From the NCBI GenBank assembly GCA_024704765.1, contig JAKMXF010000110.1, positions 310,001 to 374,000 of the forward strand: a stretch of DNA of 64,000 bases, in the 5' to 3' direction. A program made the position numbers and the translations under genes. The notes below the pieces were generated by a model. It was not told the origin of the DNA, ran no database searches, and was given only the letters and a program-made list of their open reading frames with translations. Positions 37,209-47,897 of this stretch are shown here, one piece after another. Every line of letters begins with the position of its first letter. The first letter of the stretch is position 1. This DNA comes from Oopsacas minuta. Its lineage: Eukaryota; Animalia; Porifera.

Positions 37209-40200
37209 TTACATAGAGTTTGTGTGGTTATTCTGTAGAGATAGTAGAATATTGTCTAACTTCTGTTCAGCTGTATTTTTAGCTCCTTTCAAATCAATTA
37301 TTTCTCTTTGTAGCTCTCCTAATAGAGATTTTAGATGTAGAACTTCGTCGGCATTAGATTGATCTATTGTATCATCTTCTATTCCAAATCTTATACCTGT
37401 ACCCAAATGGTTATGTGTTGTGTCTCTAAATAATAATAATTGTTGAAGATACTCGATTCAACGTTTTGTTGTATAGTCAACTCCTGTTATACCGAAGTCT
37501 TAAATTGTACAATTATGGTCCCAAACCGTCAAAGTAGCATATATTTAATCGATTATATCAAATTCTACTTTTATCAAAGTTTTATCGTCGCGGTTCCTTG
37601 AGCTTCGATATAACAGGAGTTTACTGTGGGTATATTACCTAAGTTTTTCCAATCTCTTCTTCATACAATCATCCCTATCCAGTTGATGTAAGGCTATACC
37701 TTGAGAAGTGTTATCGTGCTTACTAGCTAGTTTAGCGTATGTATCCCTCTCCTTAGCAGTTCTCTCTACAAGAACTACTACCTCTTCGAGGTATTGCTTT
37801 GCTGTGAATTCATTGCTTCTAGAAACTTCTATTTCACGTTCAAGTAAACACACCTTAAGATGGATAAAAATTTTCGTATCTTTATTAGACCAGACAATAC
37901 GTAAATAGACTTTAGCCTACGGTTAATGAGAAACTTATTTCAGCTCCACATGATGTCCCTCTAAGCATGCAGGCAGGGGACATTTCATTATCATTATCTC
38001 ATTATTTTATAATGTTATCATAATACAAAGTGGTAATTCATGGAAATTTCAACTACTGTACTCTACTTAGATATGTTGTTAAGCTTGTTAAAGGAGATCT
38101 GTGAAGATAAAATCATCAAAATAAGTTGTGTGGTTGAATTTCACAGAGAAAATGGTGAATTAAAGACAAAATTCTTGCGGGCAGGCAAACTTGGTGCTGA
38201 AACAAATTACCAACTACCAATAATTATTACTAAGAGGTACTATGTTTCCCTTGTATACGTATATACTACCCATAACAAACAATACCTTTTGTTTAAGTAC
38301 TCTAACACTGTTAATAGCAGCAGAACATTTCCCTTCTAACACTGATATAGTAGCCTTATTCTCAGCTATCATAGTATCCTTCTTACTAATAGTAGTTGAT
38401 ACTTCTCTTAGTTTGTTCTGTAGCTTAGAAGATTGAGATTCGGAGTGAGATTGAGCTTGATATAACTGTTCCTTTAGAGAGCTAATCTTACCGCTATGAC
38501 ATTTACGCTCCATTTCTAACTTTGATTTATATGAAGATTTATAGTTCTTAAATCTTTCTGTTTCTCTCTCAAAAGTTTGTATTTTTTCATCTGTTTGATT
38601 TAATTCATGTTTTACTCTTGTTTTCAGCTAAGAAAACATACATTATGAAAATCAATTCACAAATACAATTCAAGTAGTAATAAGCAATATGATTAATAAT
38701 TTTTCTGCTGTATATCAATCTCAAAACTCTGGAAAAGTTAAAATTTGAGTGCTTCGGTGTGTTCTTAAGAAACCTTATCTGTCTAAATTGGTGAAACTAG
38801 TTTATAGGAAAGATATTTACAAGTGAACATACACAAACGGGGTGTCAGGGATGTCGAATAATGCTTCTACAGGCCTTGTTTGTGCAGGTACACTGTCTAT
38901 AATCTACTGTTTTACCATGGGTATAAGCACTAACGAACTTACCTGAAACAACTCTTGTTTAGTAGCATGCAGGTCTCCACTAATAACAACATTCTCCTCC
39001 TTAAGCAGCTGCAACTGCTTCTTATTTCTATCTAACTCATCAGATAGAGGTCGTGACGTCAGTTCTCTAGCTTGTAGTTCTCTCAATAAAGTATTATTCT
39101 CACTTAACTGCTCATCATAAGCTGTTAGCAGTGGAGATAGATAGCTTGTATTACTTAACCAGGGAGTGTTATCTGCTCCAAGCTGCTGTAGAGGTAGTGC
39201 TCTGTCAATGAGAGGATTTTCTCCGTATAAACTCTGATATCGACTCAGCTCCACGTTAAGTCTAAACAAATAACAGAGAATACGTATAGTAAGATAGCGA
39301 TCATTATTATCATACGCATTAGTATTACAGTGAAATCTCCACAAACGGAGCAAACAGGGTAGAATTTTTCAGCGTCCCTGACATCCCGTTTGTGGAGATT
39401 ACAATGTATTAGATTCAAAGGAACAGCTGATCGCTAATTATAGGTATATAATCACATATTACATCCTATTAAAGTTAATATAGCAGGAACAAATGCTACC
39501 TACCTGTACACAATCCTCTTGAGTTCTTTCAACTCTTTCTCTCCATGTACACACTCATGACATTTCCTATTTTCATACTTTCTTGGTATTTCTATATCGT
39601 CCTTAATTAGTGTAGATTCATGTGCTATGTCTCTTAATCTGTCACATTCTTGTCTCAGATAAGCTATTTCACCCATGACGTCATTATTAGCCTCACTATC
39701 AACAGAGACAGGGTTCTGACAGAGAGCTTTTATCTGACCTACTAGCTGAGCGTTCTGTTCTCTCAAATCTACGAGTTTACCTTCTAACTCTACCTGTCTT
39801 TCTTGTAAGTATTGAACTAGTTGCTCGCTAGACAGAGTCCTGCTGACTCTATAACATAAGTTGAGTAAAAGAAATTGCCAATTTGTTTAGAGTTATACGA
39901 AAATACATGTAAGAATCTGTAAGTTGTAAGGCCGAATGCTAAATTTAGTATTAACCATTTGCAAGTCTGATAACAGACAGTATACAGGAGATGAATTTTG
40001 CTTATTGTTATATGACAATCATATCTCCATGGTTAATATCTCTCATACAACAGTACTTTGTCAGGGGTAATTAGGTCGTAAAATCCAGGATACGATTAAT
40101 CATATTTTCACACATTTTCCTATATCAATAACAATTAAATGCTAGAGATTCGTTTCAACGAAGCCATACTAGCTATATTATAATTAATAACCGCAATTAT

Positions 40201-42560
40201 AACTCACTGCAAAATAAGTTTACAGTCAGTTATTCGTTATGAAATTCAGGATTATACCTATTTTCATCTTTTCTATACTCTACGGAAGAGAATATAGGAG
40301 TATGCTTAGAAGGAGATCTACCATTAGGCCCTACAGGTAGCAAATAACCGCTCCCTTCTACACCCGGTACGAAGTAATACTGTATACCATCTATCTTGTT
40401 ACCATGCAGAATATTGTTAGGAATATCGCCTGAATGGTTTAGCGAATAAGTGGTCGGGTCTGTATCTGTATGCTCTGTGTTACGTGACTGTCTTTTTGCC
40501 TGTTTGTCTTCCTGAATAGTAAAGTTATTTGGGTTAATTAATATTATTAGACAGTCAACTCCATTATATCGCAGTTCAAGGGACCGCGATAATTACTTCG
40601 ACCGTTTGAGACCATATTAGCACAATTTCAGAGATAGATATAAGTGGGTATTTCAATATAACGGGTATTGACAGTAAATTCAGTAATTAATTCAGCCATT
40701 ATAATGCAGTATCAGGATTATTACTTACAATTATCTTTTCTTCATGGTTGTGTTGATGTAACTCATTCCCTCCATTAGTCCTATGCAGCTGTTCCTGTTG
40801 TAACTGTAGATTAATCTCTAGCATCTGTTGTTGTCTAGTTAGAAGTTCTAGGTTCTTCTCTCTCTCAGAGGACTGTTCTGTCTAAAACCAGATAAATAAA
40901 TATGATACATAACATAAATTTTTATAATTACATTACATTCACTACTCTAAAATGGTCGTACAGTTTTTGGACTAAAGAAGTAAGTCTTATCCGAGTTCTA
41001 ATGTATATGATTAACCTTATTAACAGCAATATGACTAGTTTGTCTACTATGAGCATGTTCCCCTTCTTTCTTTCCTCTGATAGAGACCTCATTCTCATAA
41101 ACTCTACTCTCTTTCTCAGCTGTTGTATCTCTATCAGTTATCGGTGTACTTTCTCTAACTAGTTCTTTATCTATCTCACGGGAAGAAGATGGAATACTAA
41201 TAGCACTAATATTAGACATATGTGATGTGTTCACCTGTGTAGAGAGAGAGAGAGAATTAATATTCAAAATATTGTAATTATCAATACTAAGTGCATACTA
41301 ACCGACACATTTCTAATCGTCACTTTGTTACCAGATACAGGATCAGTACGTACAGTACTGTATAGTGGATAAGGTTCCTCTATACTGTGTATAGGTGTAA
41401 TATCTCTATCAGTCATGTAATGCTCATTCTGGTAGTGAGGATCTGAGGGTGGAATTGGATGCGATGGTTCAACTGGATTGGGCTATACACAAGAAATAGA
41501 TTTAATAAAAGTTTGCTCTATAATTAGCATACTAACAACGTTCGTTATAACCAATTTGCCTGCTATATCAAAGGTAAAGTGACCGCGATAATTACTTCGA
41601 AATAAGCAGAGTTTGATATAATCGACGAAGTTTATTTTACTTTGAGGGTTTGGGATCATATTTGTACAATTTCAGACTACGACATAAGCGGGTACCTATT
41701 TCGAAATATCCGTGTTCAATATAACAGGATTTGTCTGTAATTAGCAAGGCTGACTGCATGCATGTTTCTAATATAAAGGGTATTACATACCTGTTGATAA
41801 TACCTGATCCTATCGGAGTGTGGTGCAGCATCAGGGAGAGGAGGGAGACCCTGGGGTGTTGGTAGATGTGGTAGAGAACTACTCTTCTTCCGTGAGAATA
41901 TGGAAGCTATCCCTCTCCTCTTTTTATAATCTCTAAAATAACTCAAACCTAAAAACAAATAATTCATATCGGTTATAATATTGTATTTAGACTAACTTTG
42001 GTTTCCTTGGAGTGCTAGCTCTCTGCGGGATAGGATGGGCACGTAGTACTGTTTCTGCAAATGAATTGATCGGTTCAAACTCATGATAGATGTCTGGAGA
42101 AGATGCAGAAACATGAGATAGCCTGTGAACTACTGAAGGGTCCTAGAAAAGCAAAAGAAAGTTATTTGAAAATTTACCTTTTCAAATTTCCTAAAAATGT
42201 GAAATTATGAATTCATTTGAATAAAATTCATACTTACCAACTCCTTTCATAAATTTCTCGACATTTCACGTTATTCCCCATATTCCACCCGAAAATATCC
42301 AGAAATACCCAAAAATGGAAATTTTTCCTTAGATAAGACGTGAATCCTCGGAATAATCCTGGAGGGTTGGCAATTATGAAAATTATGTAATCGCGATATT
42401 TTTCTGTAGATAATCATATCCTCACCGTAAGCGATGCTGTATTCTGCTCAGGTAGTGGAATAAACCCTGGGGTGTCTTGCTCAGGTATAGGAGCTACTAC
42501 ATCTCCCATACCAGCCCTGTGTGATTTGTCTTTCTTACGCCCGAGCTTAAGGAATGACAT
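37209..42560 (-). CDS. CEP89: Centrosomal protein CEP89 (CCDC123), multi-exon coiled-coil protein
   Basis: Spliced minus-strand exons from ATG 42560 (MSFLKLGRKK) to the stop at 37209. Hallmark segment YRLNVELSRYQ...PWLSNTSYLSPLLTAYDEQL matches the CEP89 RLNVELSRYQ...PWLL...YLSPLLLAY motif. EFTAKQYLEEVVVLVERTAKERD matches the CEP89 C-terminal coil. Confidence 0.85.
37474..37626. mobile_element. MITE family A copy in last CEP89 intron
   Basis: TAGTCAACTCCTGTTATA ... TATAACAGGAGTTTACTG with the family core in reverse orientation. Confidence 0.75.
39328..39406. mobile_element. MITE family D, short near-perfect hairpin copy in CEP89 intron
   Basis: ta|CAGTGAAATCTCCACAAACGG ... CCGTTTGTGGAGATTACAATG|ta. 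Confidence 0.75.
40552..40673. mobile_element. MITE family A copy in CEP89 intron
   Basis: CAGTCAACTCCATTATATCG ... ATAACGGGTATTGACAG|ta; core caagggaccgcgataattacttcg. Confidence 0.75.
41531..41737. mobile_element. MITE family A (rearranged) copy in CEP89 intron
   Basis: Contains gaccgcgataattacttcg, gggatcatatttgtacaatttcagact and right TIR ATAACAGGATTTGTCTG|ta; left end uncertain. Confidence 0.6.
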
Positions 42561-42842
42561 TTCTAATAATGTTACAACCAAAATGAAAATAAAACATAAA
42601 TCCTTTAAGATAATTTAGTTATCATGCAGATAGATCGCATATACTTGTTGACCACTGGGGAAGACCTTGACTACAGAATTATGAACGTAAAATTACTGTG
42701 AGAGATAAGTATTCCAATTGAATTCATGGTGCAAATTGTATAGGAAATATGCATTCATATAAACCCTTACTGCTAATATAAGCTAGTTTGTACTAAATGC
42801 AGAATTGAAGTGATTTATCATAGAATATTATTCAGTTTAGAA
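42561..42842. promoter_or_regulatory. Probable bidirectional promoter region between CEP89 (-) and the first RRM gene (+)
   Basis: Start codons are only 282 bp apart, head to head. No specific motif identified; upstream non-coding exons cannot be excluded. Confidence 0.45.
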
Positions 42843-43619
42843 ATGTCTTCTGCTACCAGAGATTCCACTTCTCAGCTCTGTAAGGTGTTCGTTGGAGGAA
42901 TTGCTATCACTACAGACGATGAAACTTTCAGGAATTACTTTTCAGAGTTTGGAAATGTCGTAGATTCTGTCATAATTCGAGATCAACTATCGAACCGATC
43001 TAAAGGATTTGGATTTATTACATTCGATAAACCTGAGCGTGTTGATGAGTTACTCGAGAAACGACCCTTCAGTATTGATGGTAAAGAAGTAGAAGTGAAG
43101 CGCGCTATCCCACGGGAGGAGATCTCACCCATTGCTCATACCAAAACAAAGAAAATATTTGTAGGCGGTCTGAGCAAAGAAGTGACGTCAGATGAGGTAC
43201 GTGACCACTTTGAGGAGAAGTTCGGAGGTGTCGATGAGGTCCAGTTTATCTATGATAAGGATACTCAGGAATTTCGCGGCTTTTGTTTCGTTACAATGAA
43301 CAATGAGGATGTAGTTGACAAAATAGTTATTGACCAATCTCACTCATTTCGCAACAAACCTTGCACTGTCAAGAAAGCAGAGCCAAAAGGTACTAAAAGT
43401 TCTGCAGCCCTGCCCCACAATAATCGTATTTCGAATTATGCTAGTCTAGGGGCGTACTACTACTCAGAGCCTAGTCCTTTAGACCTGTATTATATGGGTT
43501 ATGGATACGGTGCTACTGGTTACGATAGGTTTAACCCCCTTGGACAAGTGTCCCATACGAGAGGAGCAACCTCGAGTTCACTATATTCTGCCACACGTGG
43601 TCGTTACAGACCCTACTAG
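42843..43619 (+). CDS. Intronless 2xRRM RNA-binding protein (hnRNP A/B - Musashi/DAZAP1 type) with Y/G/S tail and C-terminal PY-NLS
   Basis: RNP2/RNP1 pairs KVFVGG / KGFGFITF and KIFVGG / RGFCFVTM; linker EVKRAIPRE...KTKKIFVGG; ends RGRYRPY*. First ATG at 42843; the GTG start of the ORF track is unlikely. Confidence 0.9.
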   Translation: MSSATRDSTSQLCKVFVGGIAITTDDETFRNYFSEFGNVVDSVIIRDQLSNRSKGFGFITFDKPERVDELLEKRPFSIDGKEVEVKRAIPREEISPIAHTKTKKIFVGGLSKEVTSDEVRDHFEEKFGGVDEVQFIYDKDTQEFRGFCFVTMNNEDVVDKIVIDQSHSFRNKPCTVKKAEPKGTKSSAALPHNNRISNYASLGAYYYSEPSPLDLYYMGYGYGATGYDRFNPLGQVSHTRGATSSSLYSATRGRYRPY

Positions 43620-43860
43620 CTAGGTAAGAGGACCAATACTACCATATAACCCATACTATATTTAGCTCGATGTGTTTGGCAGAACTTTTGGATTTATTTA
43701 GATAAGATAGATAGTTAATTGTTTGCACAGATTCAGTTCAGTTTTTGCTATAGTTAGTTATTCGTTAGGGCTAGCAGGGTCAGTTGTATTAGCTTTAGAA
43801 GCAGGGCTGGAAAATATACGTAATTCACTTTACTCTGTTTTTGATACCGATTTTGTATTA

Positions 43861-43989
43861 CAGTGGATGCCGATTTATAAGCACCAGATGCACCATCCTC
43901 TGGAAAACTGTTCTCATATATTCCTGTATATTTATCCGTTTATAAGAACACCCTACTCACAAGGATGTTCTTATAATCGGTATCCCCTG
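43861..43989. mobile_element. MITE family B copy between the two RRM paralogues
   Basis: ta|CAGTGGATGCCGATTTATAAG ... CTTATAATCGGTATCCCCTG|ta. Confidence 0.75.
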
Positions 43990-44055
43990 TATAAATATTT
44001 GTGTAAGTTTAGGTATATATATATACTTAGCATTTGAAATACATTTATATGTTCA

Positions 44056-45189
44056 ATGAGTGACCGTGAATCTGACAACAAACACGCCAAAGTGTTCGTT
44101 GGTGGAATTAGCATCCACACAACTGACCTCGGATTCAAAGAAGCCTTCAAACCATATGGAGAGATAACTGATTCTATAATTCTACGTGATCCTGAAACGA
44201 ATCGATCTCGTGGATTTGGATTCATTACATTCAAATTGTCCGATTCAGTGGATACAGTGTTATCAGGACGACCTATTGTCATTGATGAGAGAGAAGTAGA
44301 TGTGAAACGAGCTATCCCTAAAGAGGCGAATAACCCCCAGGCCCACGCTAGGACCAAAAAGGTTTTCATAGGCGGACTACCTAATGACATCACCAAAGAA
44401 GAGTTGACGGATTTCTTCCGCTTGAAAGGACCTATAGATGAAATAGAGTTGGTTTATAAAGAAGGACTTTTCAAAGGATTTGGGTTTATTACATTCGAGG
44501 ATTGTGATACAGCTGATAAAGTTATTGTAGACGGAGAATATGATCTTAGAAGTAACAAGAGGCTATGTCGTGTGAGTAAAGCAAGTACTCGTGGTAGACA
44601 GCAGCAGCAATATAACAACTATCAACAGATGGGAGGCTATGGCCCCCCTAACTTTGGGGGACATCAGTCCCATCCTGCTGGTAGTTATTATGGAGGAGAT
44701 GGAGGTGAAGGCGACGCGTATTATGGCTCAGATTTCAATGGCGGATTCCATGGACACAAAAGTGGATATATGCCAATGTCTCGTGGTGCTTACCAAGGAC
44801 CAAGCAGTGGATATTCTGGCTCTGGAGGTGGTGGATATTCTGGTTCTGGAGGTGGTGGATATTCTGGTTCTGGAGGTGGTGGATATTCTGGTTCTGGAGG
44901 TGGTGGATATTCTAGTTCTGGAGGTGGTGGGCACTCTGGGATGCTTCAATCGCCTGGCTACGAGGCAAGAGGATTTGCTCAGCACCAACAACAAGGAGGT
45001 TATAGTCAAGGCCCGTCACAATATTCTGAGTACATGTACGGAGGTGGTGGGCATAGTGGAGGCGGGGGCGGTGCTGGCTCAGGATTCCCCGGTGGAAGTA
45101 GTTCTCAGTACATGTCTTATAAGGGAGACAGCATGCGAGGATCTGGTAGCGGAGGACGAGGAGGCCGTTCCAGATACAAACCTTATTAG
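44056..45189 (+). CDS. Intronless 2xRRM RNA-binding protein with long Gly/Tyr/Ser/Gln low-complexity tail (hnRNP A/B-like), tandem paralogue of 42843-43619
   Basis: KVFVGG / RGFGFITF and KVFIGG / KGFGFITF; G-rich tail with GYSGSGGG repeats; RGG; ends RSRYKPY*. Confidence 0.9.
   Translation: MSDRESDNKHAKVFVGGISIHTTDLGFKEAFKPYGEITDSIILRDPETNRSRGFGFITFKLSDSVDTVLSGRPIVIDEREVDVKRAIPKEANNPQAHARTKKVFIGGLPNDITKEELTDFFRLKGPIDEIELVYKEGLFKGFGFITFEDCDTADKVIVDGEYDLRSNKRLCRVSKASTRGRQQQQYNNYQQMGGYGPPNFGGHQSHPAGSYYGGDGGEGDAYYGSDFNGGFHGHKSGYMPMSRGAYQGPSSGYSGSGGGGYSGSGGGGYSGSGGGGYSGSGGGGYSSSGGGGHSGMLQSPGYEARGFAQHQQQGGYSQGPSQYSEYMYGGGGHSGGGGGAGSGFPGGSSSQYMSYKGDSMRGSGSGGRGGRSRYKPY
44809..44928 (+). repeat. Coding tandem repeat, 5 x 24 bp (ggatattctggttctggaggtggt = GYSGSGGG)
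   Basis: Directly visible; three identical central units plus two single-base variants. Confidence 0.95.
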
Positions 45190-45427
45190 CTGTATACAGA
45201 TACACGTTAGTTTCTTACCCCTCATAAGACGTAATTTATAATACGTTACTACATACACTCAAATTCTTCTATCTCAGAGAACTTAGTACTCACAACTAAG
45301 GTTAAGTAGCACACGTTAAGAGTAAGATCTGAATGGTGAAACAAGTTCATAAGATTAAGGACAACTTCGTAGTTGAAGAATAATATAGTATTGATAAAAT
45401 TTATTGTTTATACATTATTAGTTAAGG

Positions 45428-45569
45428 CAGCGGTTTCAAACATTTGAGTCTATGGGAGGGAAGTCACAGGATGAACACATTCTGTGGACTACCTCCCATA
45501 TAATATTTTTGAGATCCTGTCGTCCGTGGACCACCAAGGGCTACATGGACCCCAGGTTGGGAACCGCTG
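45428..45569. mobile_element. hAT (Charlie/MER5-like) non-autonomous element, 142 bp
   Basis: TIRs CAGCGGTTTCAAAC ... GTTGGGAACCGCTG flanked by an exact 8-bp direct repeat AGTTAAGG (45420-45427 and 45570-45577). An 8-bp TSD is characteristic of hAT. Confidence 0.85.
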
Positions 45570-46193
45570 AGTTAAGGTTAACGGAGTTATACTTGGAGAA
45601 ATTCCAAACTTGATGGAGTCGTATTATTAGTATGTCTTCGTAATTTATAATAGTAAACAACGAAAATTTTACTTTGTACTTGTTGCTAATCACTCTTAAC
45701 TTTTGAATTATTTAGTTTATATATTTAAATATTTTTAGTAATTTTACAAAAATTACTAATATTTAAGTGAAATGCAAAATATTTGTGATCGAGAACTCTA
45801 CTTTGCTAAGAATACTATAGGAAGTGTAGAACAACTTGTAGAACATCCCTAATAAGTAAGTTAGAATAATTGGATCTCCATACTTGAGAAGGTAAATATA
45901 TGATGCAGCATCGACTTAGTTATATGAAATTTCCTTTCCTTTCAAGACTCTGATGTATTCCAGCTATCTCCTGCCTAAACGATCTATCCTAAGTTACAGA
46001 GAAACATATTCGGCAGATAATTAAAAAATTTTCATGATGGAATCCGAACTGATGTCTGACATCAAGGTTTTGGGATCAGAATATTTTCAAAGAGATTATT
46101 TAAGTGACAATTCTATAGGATGTTTATTTTGTTAACTTATTATATTCTTTTCCTGTAATATTTGCTTCTAGCTCAGGATACCCAATGATACAC

Positions 46194-46439
46194 TTTTGCC
46201 TTATCTCACTCTGAAATGTAAGATTATTAGTTCGATACTACTAGTGAAGTGATTCTCACTCAAAATCACGTTTTCTCAATAGATTCCTAAGTTCTGACAA
46301 ATAGCACCCTGCTGCTAGTAGCTATTTACAGTTACAATCTTGATTTTATTCAATGTGGAGAAAACGTGATTTTTGTGTGAGAATAAGCTAAAAGTGTCGA
46401 ACTAAATACTTCATTTCATCAGAATGAGAGAAGGCCAAA
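46194..46439. repeat. Long imperfect inverted repeat (fold-back element)
   Basis: Left arm 46194-46277 (ttttgccttatctcactctgaaatg...attctcactcaaaatcacgttttctc) pairs with right arm 46358-46439 (gagaaaacgtgatttttgtgtgagaat...agaatgagagaaggccaaa). Confidence 0.6.
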
Positions 46440-47009
46440 CACAAAAACTGCCCGTTACAGGTTGAAGTCAATTGAATTTTATCTTAACGTTTTCTGGTGG
46501 TTTGTTTTGACTGATTTGGGCATGTTTCATAGTTTCAGGACTGATCTTGCTAGTTGGTGTATTTGAAATTTTGAAAGTTATGCTCTGGCACGTCCGTGTA
46601 CCTAATACAGTCAGGGTCGCTTATTGTGGAAATCTTGTTAATAATGAGACTTCACATGAAGGGTTTTAAATTAATACGAATCATTTGGGAATAATTTTAT
46701 TGGAGCTACTGACTTGGTTCATAATAAGCAACCTTGAACTTACTGAGATTTATGTGTAGTTACTTTTAAGGAAGCCTCAATATCAACAAAAATTTGGCAG
46801 TGGTTATTCTAAATTGAAAATTTACACTATTTTGCAGGTAACATTTTCACACCCTACCATATGTCGAACCGAGGATATTGTGGGGTAAATAGAACTCGAC
46901 CTGAACTCCGGCCTATCGTTCCCGACATTCACGTGCTTATTTCCTCGGTATTTGCTGTTTTGATGATATATTATGTACATTAATTATTCACCTCTCAATC
47001 AGTTAGATT

Positions 47010-47477
47010 ATGGTAACCCGTTTGAGGATGCGTTTCCAGGTGAAAGGGTGTAGCAATCGTCACTGGTTCAATCTAGTCATCGCTAATAACCGTAAATTTA
47101 GACGTGACGGTAAGCACATTGAGCAGATAGGCGCATACGATCCTTACCCGAATGAAAGAGGTGAAAAACTAGTTTTATTTGACTATGATCGTATACGATA
47201 CTGGCTTGGTATAGGAGCTAAGCCAACACCTATGGTAGCACATCTATTAGGACTATCAGGGATATTACCTGTATATCCTCCTACACTCAAGTTAGCGGAA
47301 AAGAGACGGAAAATTATAGCTGAAAATAAGAGGAAGGAAGAAGAAGAAGAAGAGAAAAGGATATTAGAGGAACAGAAAAAGTTAGAAGAAGCTAGTAAAC
47401 ATGAAGGAGGAAATGATACAATTAAATCTAGGGAATTGGAAGAGGATGTCAGAACTAATAATTCTGTAATTTCCTAA
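47010..47477 (+). CDS. MRPS16: Mitochondrial ribosomal protein S16 (bS16m), intronless, with charged C-terminal extension
   Basis: LRMRFQVKGCSNRHWFNLVIAN...RDGKHIEQIGAYDP...RIRYWLGIGAKPT; the GCxNR and LLGLSGILP segments are typical of the mitochondrial form. Confidence 0.92.
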   Translation: MVTRLRMRFQVKGCSNRHWFNLVIANNRKFRRDGKHIEQIGAYDPYPNERGEKLVLFDYDRIRYWLGIGAKPTPMVAHLLGLSGILPVYPPTLKLAEKRRKIIAENKRKEEEEEEKRILEEQKKLEEASKHEGGNDTIKSRELEEDVRTNNSVIS

Positions 47478-47897
47478 ATCACTTTGTTAAATTAATCAAA
47501 ATGTATGCTTTTATTTGTAGTTTCCTCTATGAACGTGACGTTACACTACCGAGGGCGAACGGGGGTAAATAAAGTGTGACACAGAAGAACCGGAAGGAGC
47601 CAAAATCTGCGATTGTTTCACCAATTATACAACAGCGTTCTTCAAACTCTCAAGGACCGCACTTTGTATAAAATTTTGTATCATAATGACAACCAAAGTC
47701 GACTTGTTTGTCCAGGATTGGCTAAAATTGTCATATAAATAGAACTTGACCAAAAAATGACGTAATAAATTTATGTGGCCAGTTTTTGAATGCAATATAG
47801 TAGGATACGATTTATGATTCTCTACTGTACTTATCCGATATCAGGGATTGCCATCATGTATCTGTTGTAGTATATAGTTTGAATACTAACTATAGGA

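Noticed and set aside
43723-44037. 104-aa ORF between the RRM genes
   Set aside because: TTG start and it runs through a family B MITE; no homology evident.
44591-45241. 216-aa overlapping ORF in an alternate frame of the second RRM gene (and antisense ORFs 43971-44396, 44728-45009, 44912-45205)
   Set aside because: Open frames follow from the stop-poor Gly-rich 24-bp repeat (VDILVLEV / TSRTRIST shadows); there is no independent coding signal.
46870-46930. GC-richer segment upstream of MRPS16 as a tRNA or small RNA
   Set aside because: No cloverleaf or convincing A/B boxes could be folded; more likely promoter sequence.
47010-47477. Bacterial rpsP or horizontal transfer
   Set aside because: Motifs are the mitochondrial-type S16 and the context is a spliced animal genome.
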